In this document: positions 28,059-36,696 of the stretch, one piece after another
Numbering within the stretch: the first letter of the stretch is position 1
Layout of the letters: every line of letters begins with the position of its first letter
Source of the DNA: a virus
Lineage: Duplodnaviria > Caudoviricetes
Direction: 5' to 3' (one strand)
Virus record (IMG/VR): IMGVR_UViG_3300044670_001468
Span: 1 to 49,568 of that record
Length of the DNA stretch: 49,568 nucleotides
The notes under the pieces: generated by a model
What the model was told of the DNA's origin: nothing
The model's input: only the letters and a program-made list of their open reading frames with translations
The model's database searches: none
Program-made: the position numbers and the translations under genes

Positions 28059-29411
28059 ATGGCATATACAATTAACTTAACAGATGGAACCATATTTGCT
28101 ACGGTAGCAGACGGCACCATCAACACTGACAGTTCATTGACACTGGTTGGTAAGAACTACGCTGGTTACGGTGAGTTTCTTAACGAGAACGTGGTCAAGC
28201 TGTTAGAGAGCGGTGCTAACACAACGGCACCAAGCGATCCATTGACTGGACAGTTATGGTTCGACAAGACAAATTCATTATTAAAAGTCTACAACGGAAC
28301 GACGTTCAAGAACCTAGGTTCTGCCACGAGTTCTGCCACACAACCAACTTCAAACGTTGCTGGCGACCTTTGGTTTGATTCAGCCAACGCACAGTTGAAA
28401 GTGTATGATGGAGCATCATTCATATTGGTTGGTCCTTCATTTACGGCAGGCACGGGCACATCAGGTGCTATCGTTGACACCGTAGAAGATAACGTAGCGG
28501 TAGATCACGTTGTTGTTAAATTGTTCGTTGAGGACGACATAGTGGCAACTGTGTCCAAGGATGCAACGTTCACGCCAGGCGCGGCCATCACTGGTTTTGC
28601 AACGATCGGTCCAGGTGTCCAATTGAGCACATCAGTTTCAAACGCCGTGTTCAAGGGATCAGCTACAAACGCACAATTATTAGATAACCTAGACTCAACA
28701 GATTTCCTAAGTGCCATCGCAAACGACACGACATCAGGCACATTGGGAGTGTTAAATGACACAGGTCTCGCAGTTGGTGTTGACAGTGACTTCAGAGTAA
28801 GCGTATCCGGCTCAGACGTTACAATCCAAAACCAAACAAACAATGGAGACATCTCGATCAAGGTAAATGATGGCGGAGTGACCACCACAGTTGTCAACTT
28901 TGATGGAGCTACGTCAGCGATGAATCCAGGTGCTAACGCGGCAATTGACCTAGGAACATCCAGCTTACAATACAACAACGTCTACGCTGTTAACTTCAAC
29001 GGAACGGCATCAGCCGCTGAGTATTCTGACTTGGCTGAGCGTTTTGAGGCGGACACTGCTTATCCAGCAGGAACCGTGGTTGAGTTAGGTGGAGCGAAAG
29101 AGATCACCATGTCACGTGAAGAATTAAGTGACGCTGTGTTTGGTGTTATATCAACCAAGGCGGCCTACTTGATGAACTCAGGAGCAGGTAGTAATGAGAC
29201 ACACCCACCGATCGCTATGAACGGACGAGTTCCGGTTAGAGTGGTTGGAACGGTAAATAAGGGTGACAGACTGGTATCAGCAGGCGGTGGCTTGGCCAGA
29301 GTGGCTACGAAGGAAGAGCTTACTCCGTTCAACGTCATCGGTAGGGCACTAGAAACGAAAACGAGTGAAGATGAAGGCACTGTTCTAGCAGTAGTCACAG
29401 TATCGCACTAA
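28059..29411 (+). CDS. tail fibre / appendage protein with C-terminal autoprocessing intramolecular chaperone (peptidase G2-like)
   Basis: N-terminal SL.LVGKNYAGYGE..NEN..KLLE and repeated G(Q/D)LWFD....LKVY.G. C-terminal YSDLAERF...GTVV..GG...GVIST...GRVPVRV.G.V.KGD.LVS. Confidence 0.78.
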   Translation: MAYTINLTDGTIFATVADGTINTDSSLTLVGKNYAGYGEFLNENVVKLLESGANTTAPSDPLTGQLWFDKTNSLLKVYNGTTFKNLGSATSSATQPTSNVAGDLWFDSANAQLKVYDGASFILVGPSFTAGTGTSGAIVDTVEDNVAVDHVVVKLFVEDDIVATVSKDATFTPGAAITGFATIGPGVQLSTSVSNAVFKGSATNAQLLDNLDSTDFLSAIANDTTSGTLGVLNDTGLAVGVDSDFRVSVSGSDVTIQNQTNNGDISIKVNDGGVTTTVVNFDGATSAMNPGANAAIDLGTSSLQYNNVYAVNFNGTASAAEYSDLAERFEADTAYPAGTVVELGGAKEITMSREELSDAVFGVISTKAAYLMNSGAGSNETHPPIAMNGRVPVRVVGTVNKGDRLVSAGGGLARVATKEELTPFNVIGRALETKTSEDEGTVLAVVTVSH

Positions 29412-29435
29412 AAAATATAAAGAGGAAAAAGTAAC

Positions 29436-30446
29436 ATGGCATATCAAGCAGGCGACACCATACTAGATGACGAGTATAATACCTTTGTCACTGGTAACGC
29501 GGCAGGCACCGGCGACAACGCGGTAAACAATGTCAACACCCTCTGGGGTGCGGGCACGCTGGACAAGGGCTACGGTGAGACAGGCTCAACATTGGCATCA
29601 GTGTCAGCAGGATCAACGATCACAGCGACACAATGGGATAACTTCCTATCAAGAATTGAAACCATTGCGGCACACCAAGGATCAACAGTTACAGCATATT
29701 CAACGCTGTCAGCGGGTAACACTATTGAGGCACTGGCCACAGTGGCAACTGACTTGGCGACCATAACGACCAACAGACTGAATGCGGCAGGTTCAGGTGC
29801 GACAGTCACAACCGATGGTGCTATCAGCAGAACTTCAACATGGTCAGGTTCGATCGACGCTACACATAGGATCACGTTCGCATCAGCCAACGCATTTAGA
29901 TACTTCTTCAATGCGGGTGGTTTGGTCAAGTTCACGTTCTCACTGTCAGGCGGAACATCAGATGGCAAATACGATGAGTGGGTTGACCTATGCACCCAGA
30001 TGGGCACGGTCTACTTCTCAGGTTCAGCATCACACACCGTTAACGGTCAAGCACTAACTGGAACCACACAGGTAGGTGGTTCAGCAGGTGGCGCGGGTTC
30101 ATCAGTGTCATCGATTGACGCTTTTGCACTGACAACATCAGCACAGCAGATCATGATCAAGTATGCTGACACGGCACCATACACGACAAACTACATCCAG
30201 ATCAATGCAACGGCATCGGCGGCGGCTGGTTCAGCTACATACATCGACTTCACCATCACAGCGAACGATGCGGCGGCTGACACGGGTAACCCAACCTATC
30301 CAGCGCCAGGCACCGACCCAGCGGCATTGGACATCATCAACGGAACGTTCACATCAACGATGAACTACATCCTTCCAAGTGCAACTTACTTGACAAGTTC
30401 AGCATGGGGATCACCAACGATGTCAAACCAAAACGGTTACGAATAA
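29436..30446 (+). CDS. Ala/Gly/Ser/Thr-rich virion structural (fibre-associated) protein
   Basis: GAGG SD. G..I...YN...GYG...V..G..ITA.QW and RYFFNAGG motifs. Last gene before the terminator. Confidence 0.6.
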   Translation: MAYQAGDTILDDEYNTFVTGNAAGTGDNAVNNVNTLWGAGTLDKGYGETGSTLASVSAGSTITATQWDNFLSRIETIAAHQGSTVTAYSTLSAGNTIEALATVATDLATITTNRLNAAGSGATVTTDGAISRTSTWSGSIDATHRITFASANAFRYFFNAGGLVKFTFSLSGGTSDGKYDEWVDLCTQMGTVYFSGSASHTVNGQALTGTTQVGGSAGGAGSSVSSIDAFALTTSAQQIMIKYADTAPYTTNYIQINATASAAAGSATYIDFTITANDAAADTGNPTYPAPGTDPAALDIINGTFTSTMNYILPSATYLTSSAWGSPTMSNQNGYE

Positions 30447-30470
30447 TCCTTAGGATTTTTGGTAATATTG

Positions 30471-30500
30471 AAGGGCACTTTTTTAGGTGCCTTTCTTTTT
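30471..30500 (+). terminator. Rho-independent terminator closing the tail operon
   Basis: Stem-loop AAGGGCAC-ttttttag-GTGCCTTT followed by CTTTTT. Confidence 0.75.
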
Positions 30501-30504
30501 GACC

Positions 30505-30523
30505 TATAAATATGTGTTATAAT
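30505..30523 (+). promoter_or_regulatory. perfect late box TATAAATA (30505-30512) plus extended -10 TGtTATAAT (30515-30523)
   Basis: Both motifs lie between the terminator and ATG 30529, at the head of the biosynthetic island. Confidence 0.65.
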
Positions 30524-30528
30524 AAGGT

Positions 30529-30828
30529 ATGGATGATATAACACAGAAGATCAAGCATCGTTTTGATCACGAGTCTGCCAAGCGGACACTGCGTGAGAAA
30601 TACGAGGCAAAACTACTATTCGCACACCAGGGCGGCATGTTCCGTGCAGGCCCTGAACTAATAGTCCTACTGAATTCCTATGACACTGGAGAGATGGTCA
30701 TACTGGATGAATTCAAGAATCCCACCAAAGTCACCAGACTTGCCTTATTAGATGAGACCAAGCAACGATATCAGGAACAGCTGAATGCTTGGATGGTTGA
30801 ACTAGCAGAACAATCGAGACAGCGATGA
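30529..30828 (+). CDS. hypothetical protein
   Basis: 99-aa ORF with ATGA overlap to the next gene. Confidence 0.7.
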   Translation: MDDITQKIKHRFDHESAKRTLREKYEAKLLFAHQGGMFRAGPELIVLLNSYDTGEMVILDEFKNPTKVTRLALLDETKQRYQEQLNAWMVELAEQSRQR

Positions 30829-31589
30829 GTCGGGGAGTATTGCTCTACGCATTCAACAATGGCACCACGGACTATCTCTCCATGGCCAAATGGTCTGCCA
30901 AACGCATTGAGAAATTTCTCGGCTTGCCTACGACCATAATATCAAACATGGAGGATGCTGAACTGGGCGGAACACGTGTGTTCAATGCCATCAAGGGAGG
31001 AGAGCCGTGGTATAATGCCAGTCGCAATCGTGCCTGGGACCACAGCCCATACGATGAGACCATAGTCCTGGACGTTGACTACGTGGTCAACTCAGAGATA
31101 CTCAATTTATTGTTTGAAGTGGACAAGCCATTCATGATACATGAGACGGCACATGATGTGACCTGCAGGGGCAACACCATAAATTTAGATCATTTTGGTG
31201 AGCATAAGTTTCCCAGCCGTTGGGCTACGGTGATGTATTTCAATAGATCAACAGAGGCCAAGGAAGTGTTTGATGCAGTGGAGATGATCAAGAGCAATTG
31301 GCGACACTATGGGGATCTATATAAGTTCCGCAGTGACACCTTCCGCAATGACTGGGCATTCTCCATAGCACTTGGCCTCTTGGGAGGACACGTAGAATCA
31401 ATTAAATGTTCGATACCATGGCCATTGGCAACGACAACCACAACGGTTGACGTGGAGATGCAGGAAGACACTTACATATTGCGATATACAGAAAATTTAA
31501 AATCGCGTGCGGTGCTACAAAAGATCAAGGGCATTGATCTACATATAATGAACAAAGACGCAATGGAGAAGATCTGTGCAGGTAGTTAA
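30825..31589 (+). CDS. putative GT-A fold nucleotide-sugar transferase (GT8-like)
   Basis: GVLLYA...Y..MA...AK.I, then SPYDETIVLDVDY (DxD after a hydrophobic strand), RND.AFSIA and a C-terminal H.MNK. Confidence 0.62.
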   Translation: MSRGVLLYAFNNGTTDYLSMAKWSAKRIEKFLGLPTTIISNMEDAELGGTRVFNAIKGGEPWYNASRNRAWDHSPYDETIVLDVDYVVNSEILNLLFEVDKPFMIHETAHDVTCRGNTINLDHFGEHKFPSRWATVMYFNRSTEAKEVFDAVEMIKSNWRHYGDLYKFRSDTFRNDWAFSIALGLLGGHVESIKCSIPWPLATTTTTVDVEMQEDTYILRYTENLKSRAVLQKIKGIDLHIMNKDAMEKICAGS

Positions 31590-32367
31590 GGCAGAACGGG
31601 GTTATCTAATAGTGGCACAAGGCAGTGTGTATCACTCATGTGCCCGTGCCCTTGCCAAGTCAATAAAATATTTCATGCCCAAGGCCAAGGTAGCAGTGGC
31701 GGGAGACTGCCAGGACTCAATATTCGATTATGAGATAGCATTACCCCATGGTGATCAAGGCGGACTTAAGAATGATTGGCAGATATTTGAGGCCTCGCCC
31801 TTCCGCCAGACGATAAAACTAGAGGCAGACATGATCTTAAATGGCTCAATAGATCATTGGTGGACCATGGTCGAGAAGCGTGACGTGTTCGTGGCCCAGG
31901 GCACACGTAACTTCTATGGACACAAGACAACAGATAGAACCTATAGGCGACATCTAGACGATAACAATTTACCTGATGTATATAACGCAGTAACTTATTG
32001 GAGACGATCAGAACTGGCCGCTAAGTTTTTCGTGACCTGTAGGGAGATATTTGATAATTGGGATCAAGTCAAACTTCGTAATTGGAATCAATCAGAACCT
32101 GACACGGACACGGTGTATGCCCTGGCAACTGTATTGTTGGGTCGAGAGAATTTCCTACTGCCCAGCACATACCCACAGTTCGCACACATGAAGGGCAAGA
32201 TAAACTTTTGCAGAAGCGAGGATTGGACCAAGGAATTGGTGTGGGAGTTAACGGATCGTGGACTACGCATACAGACCATACAACAACAGATACCCACGCA
32301 CTATCACGTGAAACATTTTGCTAATCAACTGGAGGAACACTATGACAGCCTTTTGGGAAGTGATTAA
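31576..32367 (+). CDS. putative GT-A fold transferase, paralog of the upstream gene (ExD variant)
   Basis: GYLIVA...Y..CA.ALAKSI, SPFRQTIKLEADM, DTD..YA.A, F.HMK and HYHVK. Confidence 0.6.
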   Translation: MQVVKAERGYLIVAQGSVYHSCARALAKSIKYFMPKAKVAVAGDCQDSIFDYEIALPHGDQGGLKNDWQIFEASPFRQTIKLEADMILNGSIDHWWTMVEKRDVFVAQGTRNFYGHKTTDRTYRRHLDDNNLPDVYNAVTYWRRSELAAKFFVTCREIFDNWDQVKLRNWNQSEPDTDTVYALATVLLGRENFLLPSTYPQFAHMKGKINFCRSEDWTKELVWELTDRGLRIQTIQQQIPTHYHVKHFANQLEEHYDSLLGSD

Positions 32368-32668
32368 GGACAGGCAACCTGTCAATCCACAGGAATTCCT
32401 GGACGAGTATCGATTATATTACAATGAGGATGGAACACCCCGTGAATATTCTAGACAGGAACAAGAAGGTGATTACATTGTCGTTACCAAACAAGAGTTC
32501 TATGAGGGAAGGTTTGATGTTAGGATTGAGAACGGTAAACTGATAAATCCTAATCGCATTACACAGTATCGTAAACTGGTCCCTAGTGATGAGGGAACAG
32601 AAACACTAGTGGATGACATCACTATAATAGGCCAGGGACAGCATTGGAAGGTGAAATATTATGACTGA
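32342..32668 (+). CDS. hypothetical protein
   Basis: ATG 32342 with GGAGG SD, preferred to TTG 32318. Overlaps both neighbours. Confidence 0.7.
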   Translation: MTAFWEVIKDRQPVNPQEFLDEYRLYYNEDGTPREYSRQEQEGDYIVVTKQEFYEGRFDVRIENGKLINPNRITQYRKLVPSDEGTETLVDDITIIGQGQHWKVKYYD

Positions 32669-33563
32669 GATTGATATAGCGGACCTAGACTGCATATACC
32701 TAAGTTATGATGAGCCACAGAAGGAAGAGTTCTGGGTCCAGATCAAGAACATGGTTCCATGGGCAAAACGTGTGGACGGAGTCAAAGGTTCAGATGCCGC
32801 ACACAAGGCCGCGGCTGATGCCAGCGACACGGATAGATTTATCCTAATAGATGGTGATAACATGCCAAGTCCGGACTTCTTTGATCTTACACTGGAACTC
32901 GAAGATGAGGAGTATGAACGTGCAACCTTCCGTTGGAGAGCCCGCAATCATATAAATGGATTAATGTATGGCAACGGTGGACTTAGTTCCTGGACCAAAG
33001 ACTTTGTTTATAATATGAGAACACATGAGAACAGCGACGGCAGTGATGATACCAATGTAGAGTTTTGTTTTGATCCTTTGTATTGGGCCATGCACGATTG
33101 CTATTCAACTACATATCCCAATGCCACGCCTTTCCAAGCATGGCGAGCAGGTTTCCGTGAGGGTGTCAAGATGTGTTTAGATCGAGGACATAAGCCAACC
33201 ATGAATGAATTTAAGCAAAGGGCCAATGGCCGTAACCTAGATAATCTCAACATATGGCACACAGTGGGACGTGATGTTGAAAACGGTATATGGGCTATAG
33301 CAGGTGCCAGACAGGGAACACTGATGACCATGTTGTCGGATTGGGATCATACCGAAGTGCAATGGTTTGACAATCTGGAACGCTTATGGAGTGAAATGGA
33401 ATCACAGGATCCGGATCAAATAGCAAGAGAGAATGGCAAGGAACTTGCAAGATTAGATCTAGATGTTGTAGAACTGGATCAAGAACAAAGTAAATTTTTT
33501 AAACGACACTATAGGTCGAACTGGCGTAACCAAGGACCCATGGTGAGGGAGATAGATGTCTAA
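32661..33563 (+). CDS. putative GT-A fold glycosyltransferase
   Basis: D.IYLSYDEP...RVDGVKG..AAHKAAA..S.T.RFILIDGDN (DxD), ARN.INGL.YGNGG and AWRAGFREG. Confidence 0.6.
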   Translation: MTEIDIADLDCIYLSYDEPQKEEFWVQIKNMVPWAKRVDGVKGSDAAHKAAADASDTDRFILIDGDNMPSPDFFDLTLELEDEEYERATFRWRARNHINGLMYGNGGLSSWTKDFVYNMRTHENSDGSDDTNVEFCFDPLYWAMHDCYSTTYPNATPFQAWRAGFREGVKMCLDRGHKPTMNEFKQRANGRNLDNLNIWHTVGRDVENGIWAIAGARQGTLMTMLSDWDHTEVQWFDNLERLWSEMESQDPDQIARENGKELARLDLDVVELDQEQSKFFKRHYRSNWRNQGPMVREIDV

Positions 33564-34215
33564 GAAATTGTTAATATTAGGTGATAGTTTTTGTCACGGA
33601 ATAGGAACTCATTCGGTATTTAAACATGTTGAGAACACTAGATATGCTTTTGGTAATTATCTGGCAAAACATTTAAAATTAGAATATGTTAATCTAGCAG
33701 AACCAGGAAGTTCTATATTACGATCTATTGAATTAGGCCGAAAATACATATCTGAGAATAAAGATGACATCGAACGTGTTGTAATAGGATGGACAGATCC
33801 CCAAAGAATCTGCCATTATGGAGACGAAAGCAGTCTATTGATATTGCCACAATTTGTTCACTTGGGAAACATCGAAGACGATGATATTTTTGTTAAAGAA
33901 GAAAGACATGTCAAGTTTATTACTGATGGAAACAATCAGGAGTTTTTAGATACGTTACCCAACATTCAAAAAATAATGATACTCAACGGGTTTTTTGATC
34001 ATCAACAATCTATTTCAGAGTCATTGATCATTTGCTTCACTGCCTGGTTGGATAGTATGAATGTTGAGTATCTAGATATAGACAACTTTGGAAGATTAAG
34101 AGAGCATAAGACAAAATTAGATGTTCAATTTAAAGATGTCATGCCAACATTAGATAGACATCCAACCAAGCAAGAGCAGGAAAGATTGGCAGAATTGATC
34201 AAGGAAGAATTATGA
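33556..34215 (+). CDS. SGNH/GDSL-fold hydrolase or acyltransferase
   Basis: LILGDSF (block I), NLAEPGSS, VVIGWT and DRHP (block V). Confidence 0.72.
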   Translation: MSKKLLILGDSFCHGIGTHSVFKHVENTRYAFGNYLAKHLKLEYVNLAEPGSSILRSIELGRKYISENKDDIERVVIGWTDPQRICHYGDESSLLILPQFVHLGNIEDDDIFVKEERHVKFITDGNNQEFLDTLPNIQKIMILNGFFDHQQSISESLIICFTAWLDSMNVEYLDIDNFGRLREHKTKLDVQFKDVMPTLDRHPTKQEQERLAELIKEEL

Positions 34216-35273
34216 CCTGGAGTTGCGGAGCGATAGATCATGCTATAACAATATATCCAGACGGAACTATTAGTCCGTGTTGCCAGACGTCTGCTGACTA
34301 TAGAAAACCTATCAGTAAGCTCAATGACCCTGACAGATTCCATGATTTAAAAACAGAGACTCCACCAACGGCATGTTCGAAATGTGTTAATAATGAACGG
34401 CAGGAGTTAACAAGTTACAGAAAATTCTTTGAGCAATTTGATAATGGCTTGCAATACGTGGATATCAGGAACACCAATGAGTGTAATTTAAAATGCCGTT
34501 ATTGTGGGCCACATTTTAGTAATCAGTGGGCCAGAGAAATGGAACTAGAGCTAGAAACTGTTTATACTAACATAGATGATTATTTAGACGATCTGTTAAC
34601 AGAAGATTTAGATCAATTATACTTCACAGGTGGAGAACCTTTCATAAGCCGAGATCATTGGAACATATTACAAAGATTAGTTAACGATAATAAGAGTAAA
34701 TCTGTGTCGTTGAGATATAATTCTAATCTAACCACATTAAAATTTAAACAATTAGATATCTTTGATCTATGGAGTAAGTTTAAATTTGTTGAAGTTCAGG
34801 CCAGTATCGATCAAAAGGGCGTCTTATTTGAAAACATAAGAAGTGGTGCGAAATGGAACACGATTGAAAAAAATTTATTTAACCTTAAAGAGAAAGTTTA
34901 TGTTACGGTGAGTGTAGTTATTAGCATCTTAAACATATGGAACTTATTCGAATTTTTAGAATATCTCAGAGATAACAAAATTAGTTATTCAACGGTCATA
35001 TTAAAAGGACCTGATTATCTAAGCATAGAATGTGTTCCGCCTAAATTAGAAAAGTTAGCTCTTGAAAGCATCGATAAACTTAGTGGACTACTAGATAATA
35101 ATGTTATAGTTGCATTGAGGTCAATGATAGGTAGTAGAGAAGATGCAGAAAGCATGTTCCAGCATACATTAAATCATATTCTTTTATTGGATAATCTAAG
35201 AAATGAAAACTTGTTTAGCCTTCTTCCTTTTGAGAAATATGCTAAAAAACTTATATTGAATAATAATGGATAA
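34212..35273 (+). CDS. N-terminal-twitch radical SAM protein 1
   Basis: C...I.PDG.ISPCC...CSKC, then CNLKCRYC and YFTGGEPF. Confidence 0.88.
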   Translation: MTWSCGAIDHAITIYPDGTISPCCQTSADYRKPISKLNDPDRFHDLKTETPPTACSKCVNNERQELTSYRKFFEQFDNGLQYVDIRNTNECNLKCRYCGPHFSNQWAREMELELETVYTNIDDYLDDLLTEDLDQLYFTGGEPFISRDHWNILQRLVNDNKSKSVSLRYNSNLTTLKFKQLDIFDLWSKFKFVEVQASIDQKGVLFENIRSGAKWNTIEKNLFNLKEKVYVTVSVVISILNIWNLFEFLEYLRDNKISYSTVILKGPDYLSIECVPPKLEKLALESIDKLSGLLDNNVIVALRSMIGSREDAESMFQHTLNHILLLDNLRNENLFSLLPFEKYAKKLILNNNG

Positions 35274-36696
35274 ACAAAACAAAGGTGATGAAGTATCCAA
35301 GGACTTTAAGAGTAAGTTCTTAAGTGACGCAGAAGTCATGAAAGAACAGTTAGACACAGTAAGTCCTAGCATGTGCTTGGCCAAGTGGAAACAGGTCAGC
35401 CTACATCTCACCACGGGCATGACTAACTCATGCTACCATCCGCCTTTACACCAAATAGATGTTAAACCTCTAGAGTTCCATCCCAGTGCATTACATAACA
35501 CAGCACAAAAGAAACTGGCTCGCAAACAGATGTTAGAAGGCACTCGTCCAGACGAATGTAGTTACTGTTGGACAATGGAAGACGAAGGTAAACTCAGTGA
35601 CAGACACTATCGCTCAGGTGAACCTTGGGCCGCAGAATCATTTAATGAAATAGTAGATGCACCTTGGGACCAGGATGTCACACCAAGTTATGTGGAAGTT
35701 AATTTTAATCACAACTGTAATCTAAGATGCTCTTACTGCTCGCCACAATACTCCACAGCGTGGGAAAAAGAGACAAATGAATTGGGAGCGTGGCCTACGT
35801 CAACGCCACACAATGACCCTAAATATTTTCAGGGTAGGAGAAAGCCTATACCCTTCCGAGAACACAATCCATACCTAACTGCGTTCTGGGAATGGTGGCC
35901 TGACCTTTACCCTGAACTTAAACACTTCCGCATGACGGGCGGAGAACCTTTAATGGACAAGAATACCTATAGGGTATTTGATTATGTCCTGGCAAATCCC
36001 AAACCAGACCTCCACTTAAACGTGACAAGCAATTTTTCAGTAGATGAAAAATTATGGACCAAATATCTGGACTATGTCAAAAAGATATGTGCGGGAGATA
36101 ACGTGGAACATTTCATGCAGTATGTGAGTGTAGATGCTTTCGCTGAACATGCTGAGTATATTAGAGACGGATTAGACTATGCACTGTTGTGGGAACGTGT
36201 CAATCAGTTTTTAACAGAAGTGCCTGAACGTTCAAGCATTACGTTTATTATTACAATGACTAATTTAAATGTAACGTCAGTGGGCAACTTACTAGCGGGC
36301 ATCAACGGCCTTAGGCATATCTATTCAAACACATATCAACGTGTGTGGTTCGACACACCCATACTGAGGACACCTGAATGGATGCGTATGGATCTCCTTC
36401 CTGAGAGCTATGTGGATCAACTTGACCTAATATGGGCCTGGATGCTCAAGTGGAGAGAGACAGAAGAAACTAGATTCAAGGGATTTAAGGACTACGAGAT
36501 AAAAAGACTTGACCGAGATATAGCCTGGATGCGATCGGGCCAGAAATTAGATGATAACTACAAGAGTAAACAAAAAGCAGATTTCTATAGATACTTCAGT
36601 GAACATGACAAGAGGAGAGGCACTGACTTCCTAAAGACATTTCCAGAAATGTCAGCGTGGTGGAAGGAGTGTGAACAGCATGCCAAAAAAGCATAA
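35266..36696 (+). CDS. N-terminal-twitch radical SAM protein 2
   Basis: CLAKW...SCYHP...CSYCW, then CNLRCSYC and RMTGGEPL. Confidence 0.88.
   Translation: MDKQNKGDEVSKDFKSKFLSDAEVMKEQLDTVSPSMCLAKWKQVSLHLTTGMTNSCYHPPLHQIDVKPLEFHPSALHNTAQKKLARKQMLEGTRPDECSYCWTMEDEGKLSDRHYRSGEPWAAESFNEIVDAPWDQDVTPSYVEVNFNHNCNLRCSYCSPQYSTAWEKETNELGAWPTSTPHNDPKYFQGRRKPIPFREHNPYLTAFWEWWPDLYPELKHFRMTGGEPLMDKNTYRVFDYVLANPKPDLHLNVTSNFSVDEKLWTKYLDYVKKICAGDNVEHFMQYVSVDAFAEHAEYIRDGLDYALLWERVNQFLTEVPERSSITFIITMTNLNVTSVGNLLAGINGLRHIYSNTYQRVWFDTPILRTPEWMRMDLLPESYVDQLDLIWAWMLKWRETEETRFKGFKDYEIKRLDRDIAWMRSGQKLDDNYKSKQKADFYRYFSEHDKRRGTDFLKTFPEMSAWWKECEQHAKKA

Noticed and set aside
5341-30363. Many short antisense or alternate-frame ORFs inside structural genes
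   Set aside because: Fully nested in long coding genes, with no RBS or recognisable motifs. Expected from codon bias.
30445-30457. Short palindrome AATCCT-T-AGGATT after the last tail gene
   Set aside because: Loop too small and stem weak. The downstream hairpin is the better terminator.
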